49,604 nt of DNA from positions 1 through 49,604 of the forward strand of contig JAXGPF010000019.1 of assembly GCA_040767085.1 (NCBI GenBank), in the 5' to 3' direction. This DNA comes from Kiritimatiellia bacterium (lineage in GTDB: Bacteria; Verrucomicrobiota; Kiritimatiellia; JAAZAB01). Shown here in pieces: positions 17,209-27,600 of the stretch. Within the stretch, counting starts at the first letter, position 1. Each line of letters begins with the position of its first letter. The translations under genes were made by a program, and so were the position numbers. Below the pieces are notes generated by a model. It ran no database searches. It was given only the letters and a program-made list of their open reading frames with translations, and was not told the DNA's origin.

Positions 17209-18741
17209 CTAGCTCCGCAAAGTAGCGGGAAATATACCAAGAATCACGGACCCTAAATGCACTTGGATTTCCAAGCGCGCGTAATACACCAGGCCGAAAT
17301 CACCACTGCGTTCATAACTATTCAAGGCCGACAGGAGTGACGGCTGAATATCAAACTTAATTTCCCGGTCGTTGACCTTCACTGTCACCGGCCGATCAAA
17401 ATCAGCCATGTCCGGATGCAGCCAAAGCGTCAGCGTTTCAACATTCTCCGTCTTCAACTCGAACACATTACCCCCGCGATTGAGCGCCGTCACCCGGCCG
17501 GCATGAGGAACGGCCGCTTTTATCAATTCAAATCCCTGAGCTTCAAATTCCTCACGAGTTTCCTGGCGACTGAGTATGGGGCCGGTACGGGTGATCTTCT
17601 CATATTCAATCGCGCCGGCGCCGGTTTCCAAAACATCAACCCACCAGCTGCGCGGCGTTGGCGGCGTGCGGGGATTAACGCTCCAGCCGCGCGGCGTCAG
17701 CGCCACGAGTTCCCGCGGATACGGATTACGCCGTTTTCCCGCCAGCCACTCCATGCACCGGCGGAATTCAGATTCCGCGCCGGTATAATCATGTCCGCCC
17801 GGATGTTCGACGAACAAAACATCTGCGCCGGCCGCCTGCATGAATTCCGCCGCCGACCGCGCGAAGGCTATATCCGTGAACCGCGGACGATGGCGCTGGC
17901 CCGGCGTGTCCGGCGCCACGGCGTCATTTTCCCCGTGGAATATGGCGAAGGAAACATTGCGCATGCAGATGAAATCGCTGCAAGACCAGTGTCCCGCGAT
18001 GGCGAACCCGGCGGATATCCGGTCATTCAGGCGCTGGCACAAATGATACGCGCCGAATCCGCCCATGGAATGTCCTGCCAGAATGACGCGGTCGCGGTCA
18101 ATATTAAACCGGTAACGGCATTCCTTGATCACATCCGCAAGGTATTCGTCCGCACGCGGCACACACCAGCGCGCGGTGGATTTTTCCAGCGGCGCGGTCG
18201 GCACGGCCAGGATCAAATCCAGGCCGTCCAGATGGACGCGCGGATTATAGCCGTTGGTTTTGGCGTTAATGTAAGGCGCCAGCGGAGTATGCCCGTCGCC
18301 GCCGCCATGCATGTAGATCATCAAGCCGGACGGACGGACGGCGTCATATTCATCCGGAACGAAATAAAATATTTTTTCCTCGTATTTGCCGGCTAACGCG
18401 GGATGGCAAAACGGCTGGTCGTGCAATTCACCGGCTGCATTCGTCCACGCTTTGGGCTGCGAGCGTTCCAGGGCGGCCATGACCGAGTCAATAACGTTAA
18501 TATCCGTCACCGCTGCCAGCTTTGCGGTCAAATTGGATCGCGCCGCCGGCGCCGCATCCAGATAATTTTGGGACTGAACGACCAGCGCATTGACATCGGC
18601 TTCGCCGGCATAAAGTTTTACGCCGATCGCAAACGCCGAAAAACACAGCGCCAGCCGCAAGCAAGTGTAAATATTCATAAAACACAATGGGGAATTTATT
18701 CGTATTGATTCATTCATTCGGGCTTGGGTATTTTCCGCCAC
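17209..18741 (-). CDS. Secreted alpha/beta-hydrolase (esterase/peptidase-like)
   Basis: YMHGGG, GHSMGG nucleophile elbow, FHGEND, GGHD; signal-like segment near residues 22-45, so the true start may be slightly downstream. Confidence 0.8.
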   Translation of the reverse strand: MAENTQARMNESIRINSPLCFMNIYTCLRLALCFSAFAIGVKLYAGEADVNALVVQSQNYLDAAPAARSNLTAKLAAVTDINVIDSVMAALERSQPKAWTNAAGELHDQPFCHPALAGKYEEKIFYFVPDEYDAVRPSGLMIYMHGGGDGHTPLAPYINAKTNGYNPRVHLDGLDLILAVPTAPLEKSTARWCVPRADEYLADVIKECRYRFNIDRDRVILAGHSMGGFGAYHLCQRLNDRISAGFAIAGHWSCSDFICMRNVSFAIFHGENDAVAPDTPGQRHRPRFTDIAFARSAAEFMQAAGADVLFVEHPGGHDYTGAESEFRRCMEWLAGKRRNPYPRELVALTPRGWSVNPRTPPTPRSWWVDVLETGAGAIEYEKITRTGPILSRQETREEFEAQGFELIKAAVPHAGRVTALNRGGNVFELKTENVETLTLWLHPDMADFDRPVTVKVNDREIKFDIQPSLLSALNSYERSGDFGLVYYARLEIQVHLGSVILGIFPATLRS

Positions 18742-18956
18742 TGGCGGACTGGCGGTTATTCGTCATTATCAACGGCTTCATTTGACAAGAAATAGCGTTC
18801 CCCGGACAAGATATTCATAACACCCCATATCCATCCGGCGATTATAGCGGTCAACCCGTGAATTACCGTCCAAGTCCGATGCCCCCGGCATAAAATCCTC
18901 CAGCAATCCCGCGTTAGCACACCGCGAGTTGACTGTCAACCGGAAGTTGTCGTCAT

Positions 18957-20342
18957 TGTCGTAAACAAATGACTTGGCCGCATAATTAACAAATGATTTG
19001 TCCGCTTAAAGCTGTCAGGATGGTGCATTCAAAGGGGGGTTATATGGATGAATATCCGAAGGCAGCACTGGAGCGGGCAATGAAGGTACAGGAAGTGATC
19101 TTGCGTGCGATTGAAGGGCGGTTAATGTGGTGGGAGGCGGCGGAGATACTAGGTGTGAGCTACCGGACCATGCGGCGCTGGAAAGGGCGCTACGAGCGGT
19201 ATGGTTACGACGGGCTGCTGGATCGTCGGCGGAAGATACCGGGGCCGCGGCGCGTGCCCCTTGCGACGGTGAAGCAGGTGCTGAGGTTGTACCGAGAAGA
19301 ATACATGGATTTCAATGTGAGGCATTTTCACGAGAAGCTGCAGGCGGAGCATGGGATCGAGCTCAGTTATCAGTGGGTCAAGAGCGCCTTGCAGACGGCC
19401 GGGTTGGTGGCGAAGGCCCGGAAACGAGGGCCGCATCGGCAGCAGCGGGAACGGCGACCAATGGCGGGGATGATGTTGATGGTGGATGGCAGCACCCATG
19501 CCTGGTTGCCCCTGCTGGCGGGCCAGAAGCAGGATCTGATCCTGGTGATGGACGATGCCACCAGCGAAGTCTACACGGCCTATCTTGTGCCCCAGGAAGG
19601 GACATTAACGGTGATGAAGGGGTTGAAAGAAGTCATTATTAAACATGGGGTTTTCTGCAGTCTGTACACGGATCGTGGCAGTCATTTCTTTTATACGCCC
19701 AAAGAAGGCGGGGCGGTGGACCGGCGTCAATTGACGCAAATTGGACGGGCGTTGCAACAGTTGGGGATCGAACATATTCCGAGCTATAGCCCCCAGGGAC
19801 GTGGGCGAATAGAGCGGATGTTTAAGACCTGGCAAGGGCGCCTGCCGCAGGAATTAAGGCAGGCGGGAATCCGGACGATGGCCGAGGCCAACGTCTATAT
19901 TCAACAACAGTTTCTGCCTTCCTTCAATCGCAACATGAAGGTGAAGGCGCGGGAAACAGGAACGTGTTTCGTGCCTTGCGGTGAGCAGGATTTGGACAGC
20001 ATTTTCTGTGTGCAGCATGCGCGAGAGGTTCAAAATGACAATACCGTGGCTGTCGGGAGTCGCCGCTTGCAGATTGGACCATCAAAATGGCGTTTCAGCT
20101 TCGCCAAGTGCCGGGTTAAAGTCTGCGAGCACCTCGATGGCACGGTGTCCATCCGTTATGGCCCGCATGTGGTTGGCCGCTACCAAGGACCGTTGAACAT
20201 TTCGGCGTCGCTGGAGGACGTCGCATAAACTTTTTCCTCCCCCGCGGGGGAGGAAAATCCTCACCCCAGGAGCAACAACACACAATAACAAATCGGACAG
20301 ATCACTTGTTACAAAAAGCGGACACTTGACTTGTTACGAACA
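18957..20342 (+). mobile_element. IS1202-family (ISNCY) insertion sequence, 1386 bp, copy 2
   Basis: Same ends and protein as copy 1, opposite orientation. 17-bp direct repeat ccggaagttgtcgtcat (18940-18956, 20343-20359). Confidence 0.92.
19044..20228 (+). CDS. DDE transposase (ISNCY/IS1202 type)
   Basis: Translation identical to copy 1. Confidence 0.93.
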   Translation: MDEYPKAALERAMKVQEVILRAIEGRLMWWEAAEILGVSYRTMRRWKGRYERYGYDGLLDRRRKIPGPRRVPLATVKQVLRLYREEYMDFNVRHFHEKLQAEHGIELSYQWVKSALQTAGLVAKARKRGPHRQQRERRPMAGMMLMVDGSTHAWLPLLAGQKQDLILVMDDATSEVYTAYLVPQEGTLTVMKGLKEVIIKHGVFCSLYTDRGSHFFYTPKEGGAVDRRQLTQIGRALQQLGIEHIPSYSPQGRGRIERMFKTWQGRLPQELRQAGIRTMAEANVYIQQQFLPSFNRNMKVKARETGTCFVPCGEQDLDSIFCVQHAREVQNDNTVAVGSRRLQIGPSKWRFSFAKCRVKVCEHLDGTVSIRYGPHVVGRYQGPLNISASLEDVA

Positions 20343-20371
20343 CCGGAAGTTGTCGTCATTCGGGGACGCCG

Positions 20372-22654
20372 TCAAGGGCTGTTGGCTGGTTTTAAATTGT
20401 TTAATTCCAACTCAAATGAATTCAAGAGGTCGTTCCATAAACACATATTGGAAAGCAAGCCGTTGTTGGGATAAAGAATTGGGTCGTTTGGGGTGTATTT
20501 GCTTGCTGTTAAACATTTGACAGCCGGGCGAAACAACTGCAATGTGTCTGATGGAAAATGATCGTGGATGTGTCGGTGCGCATCCCTCAAGAGCTTTTGA
20601 CAGACTTTTCGCCGTGACAGTCGGGCTGGCATCTCTTTTTTTGCGAATAATGCGGCCTCGTTTTTTAGAAAAGCCGTCATTATTTCGCCCAGTATTAACA
20701 CCTTTATCTGCCAATCAACCGTGGCGGCAGCCGAGCTGATGAAATCCTCTTGGGAGCGGCCGGCTTGCATAAGCCGGCGTGCTTCGCGAGTGAGGAGTTC
20801 GATTCGTTCCCAACGCCGCCGCCATGCCAGGTGGACTGCGGGCGCCAGTGTCGGTTTCCAGTCTGCGCGCATTAGTCCCAGTGCTTCAAGCTGGAAGAGA
20901 GGCAGCGCCTCATCCTCATCAATGCTTCTCAATCTGTAAGCTTGGGCAATCATCTGTCCCGCCCTCGCGCCGTAAAGATTCCGGCAGATGGCCGGCAGCA
21001 TGCCGTGATCGCCGTAAATACCGTCCGGGTAATAAAATCCGCGGTATGCGCCTTCGTAAATATTTTGCCATTCTCGATAGTTGCGGAGCAGCGGCGCCGC
21101 TCCGTCGGGATTGGCGTTCCAGGCAAAATTATTACAGAGGATGGTGTGCGCTTCGTAATCGGCGTGGGCTTCCATGGAGGCCACCGTGGCGGCGCCGGCA
21201 AAGGTGTGGTAAATGACAGGCAAGGGTTGGATGGGGCGGTAATAGACGAAACCGCTGCCTGGATATTTTGTGGTACAGCCGCCGCCGGGATATCCGGCAA
21301 AGACATCAACAAATACTCCGTGTCCTTTAGCGTTACGCCGCAAACGCGCCGCTAGTTCGCCAACCCGTGCGCGAGAATTGGTTTGATTGAACCCTTGTTC
21401 GCGGATGCCGATCTGGACATTGTCAACATATTTTAAATTCCGGCTTAGCTGTTCGAAATACCGGATCTCGCCCTGCCAATCGGCGTCATTTTGGAAGTAT
21501 AGGCCATAAGCCGGTGCAATCAGGCAAACCAGGCAATCGCGCCGGGCGTCATAGCCGGTGCGTTTGTTTTTAACGCTGAAGATGGCGTCCAGCATCAGGT
21601 TGTCAACATAGGCGTAAGCGCCTGCCATACCTTGCGGTGATGTGACGTCGTCGTCCGGCCATGCCTCGTGGCATTGCGGGCAACGCGTTTTCCATGATGC
21701 CGCGACGTCTTTGAAACGGGCAATGTCAATGCTGTGGATGTATAAAGCCCCGGGTTCGTTGGCCTGAACATAACGCTGAATTTTAGTGCATTTTATGTCC
21801 CATGCCTGTCGGCTAGTCCAACACCATCCGCCATACGGCGGGTCGGGGATGGTTTGGCCTTGGATAATACGGGTCAGGCATTGGTAGGGACGTCCGCGGG
21901 GGTAAGTACGGCGATTGATCATCCCGCACGCGGTAACGATTCCCGTCATCAAGCGGATGCTGCGCTGACGGGCGTAACGATTGAGCGTGGCCGCAACCCG
22001 ACTGTATCCCGGAAACATTTCGGTTCGCGCATCCGCATACGAGCAGTCAAAATATATCAGGTTGATTTTGTGTTTCAGCGCCAGGTCTATCTGCCGCTTC
22101 CCATCTGCAATAAATTTTTCGAGTCCCTGGCCCCGGTCGAAGCCCCAACGCGCCACTTCGCAGTTTTGCAGCCAGTTTGCGGAAAGGCGGTATTCATAAT
22201 CCGGCCAATCCTTGATCTCCAGGAATGGCAATTTGTCCGCGCATTGCTCGCACAGTTGGATAAGTGTTTGAACGCCATAAAGCAAACCGATTGGTGAAGC
22301 GCCGGTGATTTCAATTGAGCCTTGCTGCTGAATGGCGAGGCGATATCCCTGTCCGGTTTTGTCAATGGCAATAATATCCGGGTCAACGGCAAGATGGACG
22401 GCCAAGCGCTGGGTTCGGGCATGCTTGCCTTTGCAGGTCTGGAATAGTTGTGTTAATTGGCTGTGGGCCAGGCGGAACAACGGATTGGCCGCTATCCGGG
22501 AGTGACAATGGATCGTTGGTTTTAAACGGCGCAGATTCAATGGCCAGCCGGCCATAACGCAAATTTGCCGAGGTGTTGGATGGATTTTAAACGGGAGCGG
22601 ATTTCGTTCGATTGCCGGCTGTATTTCAGTTCCAGAAAGTGTGATAGCGCGCAA
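20372..22654 (-). CDS. GH20 zincin-like-domain protein / putative glycoside hydrolase; 5' end overlaps the IS1380 end
   Basis: IHPTPRQI, QGYRLAI, ITGASPIGLLYGVQTLIQL, IKDWPDYEYR are typical of GH20 domain 2. The TTG start lies inside the putative IS end. Confidence 0.7.
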   Translation of the reverse strand: MRAITLSGTEIQPAIERNPLPFKIHPTPRQICVMAGWPLNLRRLKPTIHCHSRIAANPLFRLAHSQLTQLFQTCKGKHARTQRLAVHLAVDPDIIAIDKTGQGYRLAIQQQGSIEITGASPIGLLYGVQTLIQLCEQCADKLPFLEIKDWPDYEYRLSANWLQNCEVARWGFDRGQGLEKFIADGKRQIDLALKHKINLIYFDCSYADARTEMFPGYSRVAATLNRYARQRSIRLMTGIVTACGMINRRTYPRGRPYQCLTRIIQGQTIPDPPYGGWCWTSRQAWDIKCTKIQRYVQANEPGALYIHSIDIARFKDVAASWKTRCPQCHEAWPDDDVTSPQGMAGAYAYVDNLMLDAIFSVKNKRTGYDARRDCLVCLIAPAYGLYFQNDADWQGEIRYFEQLSRNLKYVDNVQIGIREQGFNQTNSRARVGELAARLRRNAKGHGVFVDVFAGYPGGGCTTKYPGSGFVYYRPIQPLPVIYHTFAGAATVASMEAHADYEAHTILCNNFAWNANPDGAAPLLRNYREWQNIYEGAYRGFYYPDGIYGDHGMLPAICRNLYGARAGQMIAQAYRLRSIDEDEALPLFQLEALGLMRADWKPTLAPAVHLAWRRRWERIELLTREARRLMQAGRSQEDFISSAAATVDWQIKVLILGEIMTAFLKNEAALFAKKEMPARLSRRKVCQKLLRDAHRHIHDHFPSDTLQLFRPAVKCLTASKYTPNDPILYPNNGLLSNMCLWNDLLNSFELELNNLKPANSP

Positions 22655-24311
22655 ATAAAATTTCAGAAAAGTCTTGACAAATAGTTGGTGGTCAATATAT
22701 TACACTTGCGGGAAGCGTAGTTTTCTTGGTCATCAATTTGGTGAAAGGCTTTTGCCGTGAAATTCGTTATTCAAGCAAGCCGCGAGATGTTGGAAAGCAA
22801 TGCCGGGTTAGTGTTGGCGGGAAAGATTTTAGCCGGACTGGATTTGGATCGGCGGGCGAACGGAATAGCGATTGAGAAAATGCTGGAGCCACGGATCAAG
22901 AATGCGGATGTGATACGCGCATATTTTGGGTTGCTGGTGTTGGGGCGTACGGCATTTGAAGACATTGAATTGTTTCGCGAGAGCGGATTTTTTCGGCGGG
23001 CGCTTGGGATTAAACGTGTGCCGTCGGCGGAGACATTGCGGCAGCGTTTGGATGGTTCGAACGGGCGATTTGACGAGATGATCAAAGAAGCGAATGCAGA
23101 GATGTTGAAAACGGCGAAAATGAGCAGTGTGCGGACGGAATTGGGCGAATATATGCCGGTAGATGTGGATGTGTCGCCGTTTGAAAATGCCAAATCCCAT
23201 AAAGAAGGGACCGGTCGGACATACAAGGGTACCGATGGGTATGCGCCGAACTTTGCGTATGTGGGCGCGGAAGGATATATGTTGAATTGCGAGTTGCGGC
23301 CCGGGACGCAGCATTGTCAGAAGGGGACGCCAGAGTTTTTGCAAGAAACATTCAGGTTGTTGCACCGCCTGGATGTCAAAGAGAGCGTGTTGGTGCGAAT
23401 GGATTCCGGCAATGATGCGGCGCAAAACGTGAGGATGTGTCGCACGGAAGGCAAGCATTATTTGATCAAACGCAATCTTCGCCGGGAAAAATTAGAAGAC
23501 TGGCTTGGGATAGCGCGGATTTACGGCGTGGCGCATGAGCCGCGCGCCGGCAAGACCGTGTATATTGGATCATGCATCCGGTTTATGGATGATGGGCGCG
23601 GGAAATTGGAGCCATGGCGCATAGTATTTGAAGTGACGGTGCGGACGATTACCGCCAAAGGCGAGCAGCTTTTAATTCCGGAATTGAAAGCGGATACATA
23701 CTGGACGGATTTAGGTGAGCATCCAGAAACCGTGATTGATTTGTATCATGCGCACGGCACCAGCGAGCAATTTCACAGCGAACTGAAGAGCGATATGGAT
23801 GTTGAACGATTGCCGTCGGGCAAATTCAAGACAAACGCCACGGTATTGCAGGCGGCCATGATGGCCTTCAACGCTTTGCGGCGCATTGGGCAAGGATTAT
23901 TGATGTTGAAGGAACGTTTGGGATTAACGCTGGACGTAGAACGTCTGCGGTTGCGGAGCGTGTTGCGCGATATTATGTATCTGGCGTGCAAATATGTTGA
24001 ACGCAGTCGCGGTTATTTTTTGAAAATCAGCCATAGCAGCCGCTGGTTGTTTGCGGTGCAGTGTTTATACGCGCGGTTATAATGGCTGATGTGGACTGGT
24101 CAGTAGTTGGGTCACAGCCGGAGTGTGTCCCAAAAAGGCAAAATAATCAGTTGACTTACTCGAAGGATGTGGTAATTTGGCAAAAACGTGAGAAAAATGT
24201 GTTGGTGACGGAGAATTTAGAAATGGGCCATTGAAAATCCGGCGATGGCTGATTGCAAAACACAATTCCGGAAAAATTAGCGTGACGGGCAAAGCCCGTC
24301 ACGGATTCAGG
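22632..24311 (+). mobile_element. IS1380-family insertion sequence
   Basis: Left end ccagaaagtgtga versus right end (reverse complement) cctgaatccgtga, 9/13 match. TTGACA-N16-TATATT promoter at 22674-22701. No clear TSD; left boundary approximate. Confidence 0.75.
22757..24082 (+). CDS. IS1380-family transposase
   Basis: VPSAETLRQRLD, DVDVSPFEN, LRPGTQHCQ, RMDSGND, YHAHGTSEQFHSELKSDMDVERLPSGKF. Confidence 0.92.
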   Translation: MKFVIQASREMLESNAGLVLAGKILAGLDLDRRANGIAIEKMLEPRIKNADVIRAYFGLLVLGRTAFEDIELFRESGFFRRALGIKRVPSAETLRQRLDGSNGRFDEMIKEANAEMLKTAKMSSVRTELGEYMPVDVDVSPFENAKSHKEGTGRTYKGTDGYAPNFAYVGAEGYMLNCELRPGTQHCQKGTPEFLQETFRLLHRLDVKESVLVRMDSGNDAAQNVRMCRTEGKHYLIKRNLRREKLEDWLGIARIYGVAHEPRAGKTVYIGSCIRFMDDGRGKLEPWRIVFEVTVRTITAKGEQLLIPELKADTYWTDLGEHPETVIDLYHAHGTSEQFHSELKSDMDVERLPSGKFKTNATVLQAAMMAFNALRRIGQGLLMLKERLGLTLDVERLRLRSVLRDIMYLACKYVERSRGYFLKISHSSRWLFAVQCLYARL

Positions 24312-24371
24312 TTAAAGTTTATGCAAATCACCAACAAATTTGACGCGCCCCCACCCCCCAGGGCTGAGAGA

Positions 24372-24548
24372 CGGCTCGGTCGGAGACCTCGCCCTACCAT
24401 TGCATAAGCATTTGCCGCGGGTAGGGCGCGATCTCCGAGCGCGCCGCTCCGGAGGTAGGGCGCGATCTCCCTGCGCGCCGTTCCGGAGGTAGGGCGCGAT
24501 CTCCCTGCGCGCCGTTCCGGAGGTAAGGCGAGACATCCGGGCGCGCCG
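24372..24548. repeat. GTAG-type REP cluster (one inverted plus four tandem copies, 34-bp period)
   Basis: gtagggcgcgatctcc(c/g)..cgcgccg at 24421, 24455, 24489 and degenerate at 24523; inverted copy 24372-24398; a 25-nt match recurs inverted at 34086-34110. Confidence 0.8.
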
Positions 24549-24649
24549 ATGAGAATGACACAGCCGGCCCCCCCACCCCACACCGGCTGCCGAAAGTGCT
24601 TGTTTCCGGCGCCAGCTATGTCATAATTAGAAGCCAAAATACCGGCGAA

Positions 24650-27600
24650 ATGCCGCTGATTCAAAATGCCCGGAGAGATGATGTTTTGAAGTCCACTGGC
24701 GCACCGCAAACAGCAAAAGCTTGGGCCATACTGAAATCGCTTGCCGTGAGCGGTTGGCTGGTATCCGGCTGGGCTGCCGGTCAGGCAACCCCGCCGGCAA
24801 CAAACATGATTCCGAATCCTGGCGCGGAAAAAGTGATGCCAAGCGCATCTTTTCCCTCGGAACTGACCGTGCCCCGCACCCAAATGGCCGGGGCATATCC
24901 TGAATCATGGGCCGTTTACAACGGCAATGGCTCTTGCCGGTGGGGTGCCGCCGACGAAGCGCACTCCGGCCGGCATGCCGCGTTTCTGACCGTGACGCCG
25001 GCTGCCGGCGCGACATCCTCCGTCAATCTCGGCTTGTGCCTCGGTGGCGGCAACGGGTACTCCGGCGCCAAGGCGATTCCCATCCAGGGCAACCAGGCGT
25101 ATTATTTTGCTTTTTACGCCAGGGGCGATATGGCCGGGGCCGGGGTGCGGATCACCGGCTGGCAAGAAAGCGATCTCTCGCACAAAGGGCGCCGTATCCT
25201 GAAAACACCGCTTGACCGGATCGAACTGACCGACGAGTGGCAATTGTTTGAAGGCTACTTTGTCACGCCTGGTAATATAGCCAGATTAACCCCGATAGTA
25301 CATGTATCCTTATCGCCGGACGCAAACCGGGCAGAGCAGACCATCTACCTTGACGACGTCACGCTAAGGCCTTATGTGCCGGTCCCCCTGGATCAAGTCC
25401 GGCCCGACCCGATCCGGGTGGCCGTTTACGAGAATGCCGCCAATCTTCAATCCAAGCAGTCCGGACTCGGCCCACAAGGCCGCGCACAGATACTGCAAGC
25501 ACTGCAAAAGGCGGCTGGAATTGCGCCGCGGATCATTGACAACCTGCGCCAGGACACCCTGGCGGAATGCGACGTGATCATATTTTCCAATATTTTAAAA
25601 CTTTCCACGGCCGACCAAGCCTCCGGCACGGATTGGGAACTGGCTTTATTGAACTTCGTGGATTCCGGCAAAGGGGTGATCCTGGGCCATGACAGTGTCG
25701 GCTGGCGCGGAGTATTTGGCGAAAGCGGGCTGTTTTCCCTGATTTGCACCGGCCGCGGATTGGCTTTAGGCGAGCGGGTTTTGACCGCCGCCAACGCCCA
25801 ACACCCCGTTATGCAAGGCCTGCCGGCATCTTTCCAGCATGCTTATGACGATCATGTTGCCATGATTGCAGCGCCGGGAGCCGACGTGCTGGCGCGCAAC
25901 CGGTCGGGCGAACCCGCGGTGGTGGCCGGCGGTATGTCGCGCGGCCGCGTTGTGGCGGTGGGGTTCCCCATGGGGCTGAGCGCCAGCCCGGCCCAGGCCG
26001 GCGGCGAAGGGCTGGCGAAAGTCCAGGAAGCGGCGCCGTTGACGGACGAGGAAGCGCGGCTGCTGATCAACAGCGTGCGCTGGTGCGCGGAACCGCCGCG
26101 TTCCGCGATTCCATTACTGCTGACCAAGGCGACTCTGGCACAGCAAGTGCGCGCCTACAACCATACCCTTAAGGAAGCTGCCGCCCGTTATCTGACCATA
26201 TTCAAGCCCGACCCCGAATATCGTCTAACCACGCCCCGGCCGGGCCGCGAGCCGATCGGCGGCGGCCAGGGGTACAGCCAAATTCCGGATATGGCCCGGG
26301 CCGATTTCCGGCCTGATACGCGCGCGGATTTGCTGGCGGCATTGATTAACGCTCAACCCGGCGCATTGATTTATATCCCCGACAAGGCGGAAATTGAATT
26401 GAGCGGTTTCAATGAAATCACCATTCCCGCCGGCGTGACCCTGGCCAGCGGCCGCGGGCGCATCCTGGAGGACGGCTCGGCGTCGGAAGGCGCGCTACTG
26501 CACACCGTGACCCACGGAACCCTTTTTGTCGTGAACGGGCCGGGAGTGCGCCTCACCGGGTTCCGTCTCGGCGGCCCGGCGCCGGACCGCGCCCCAGCCG
26601 TCGCCACCTCCCTCGGCGTCATTTCGGATTTCCCGGTGGAAATAGATAATTGCCGTTGGTGGGGATGGGTCCGCACGATCATGGCGCGCGGCCGTAACAG
26701 CCACATTCACAATAACGTCATCCATCATGCCGGCGGACTCGGGTACGGTGTGCAAATCGGATCTGACGATGGACAGGCTCTGATCGAAGAAAACATTTTT
26801 GACTACATGCGCCATGCCGTGGCGGCGGGCGGCACGGCCGTCTATGAAGCCCGTTATAACATCACCGGCCGCAACATGTTTTCCGGCAGTTATGACATCC
26901 ATGGCGCCAACGACAGGGAAAAAACTTACATGCTGGCCAACTGGCGTTTTGATGCCATTCAGGACGGCACCGCGTTGAACTACGTCGAAGGCACCGCCTT
27001 GAAAGGCATGCCCTGCCGCTTGACGGTCACCGGCGCCCGCCTGGAGCCCAATGCTGACCGGGACGGCTGGTTTGACCAGGCGCTGCGCTTTTCCGGCCAG
27101 AGCGATTTTGCCGTCTGCGGCCGGCCGCCGGCCGCATTTCAAGCCGCCGCCGGCGCGGTGGAGTTCCGGATCAAAACAGCCCCCGATAACGGCCAGCGCC
27201 CGATTGTGTGCCAATTCCAGGACAGCGACAACTTCTGGCTGGTGCGGATGAACAGCCACGGCCGCCTGCAACTCATCATCAAAATCCAGGGCCAAGAGCA
27301 GGTCAACCTGACTTCCGCCAAAATTCTGACACCGCGCTGGCATCACGTGGTGGTGCAGCAGCTCGGGGGCGCGATTTCCATGGCCATTGACGCCGTGTCA
27401 TCCGACTTGTCCGGCCAGGGCCAGCGATCGCGCGAGTGGACCCAGAGCCTGCAACTCGACAAAATCTGGATCGGGCGGGATGCCGCGGACTTTTTTGCCG
27501 GCGCCCTGGATGAAGTCCGTATATATAATCGGGCCTTAACCAGCGAACAGATTCAACAACATTATCGCTACCCTGATTTATCGGGAACAAAGGTCGAAAT

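Noticed and set aside
4022-20342. Composite transposon formed by the two IS1202-type copies
   Set aside because: Each copy has its own TSD and the outer flanks do not match; the interval contains ordinary chromosomal genes.
24299-24883. ORFs with repeated peptides over the REP cluster
   Set aside because: Artefacts of translating the 34-bp DNA repeats.
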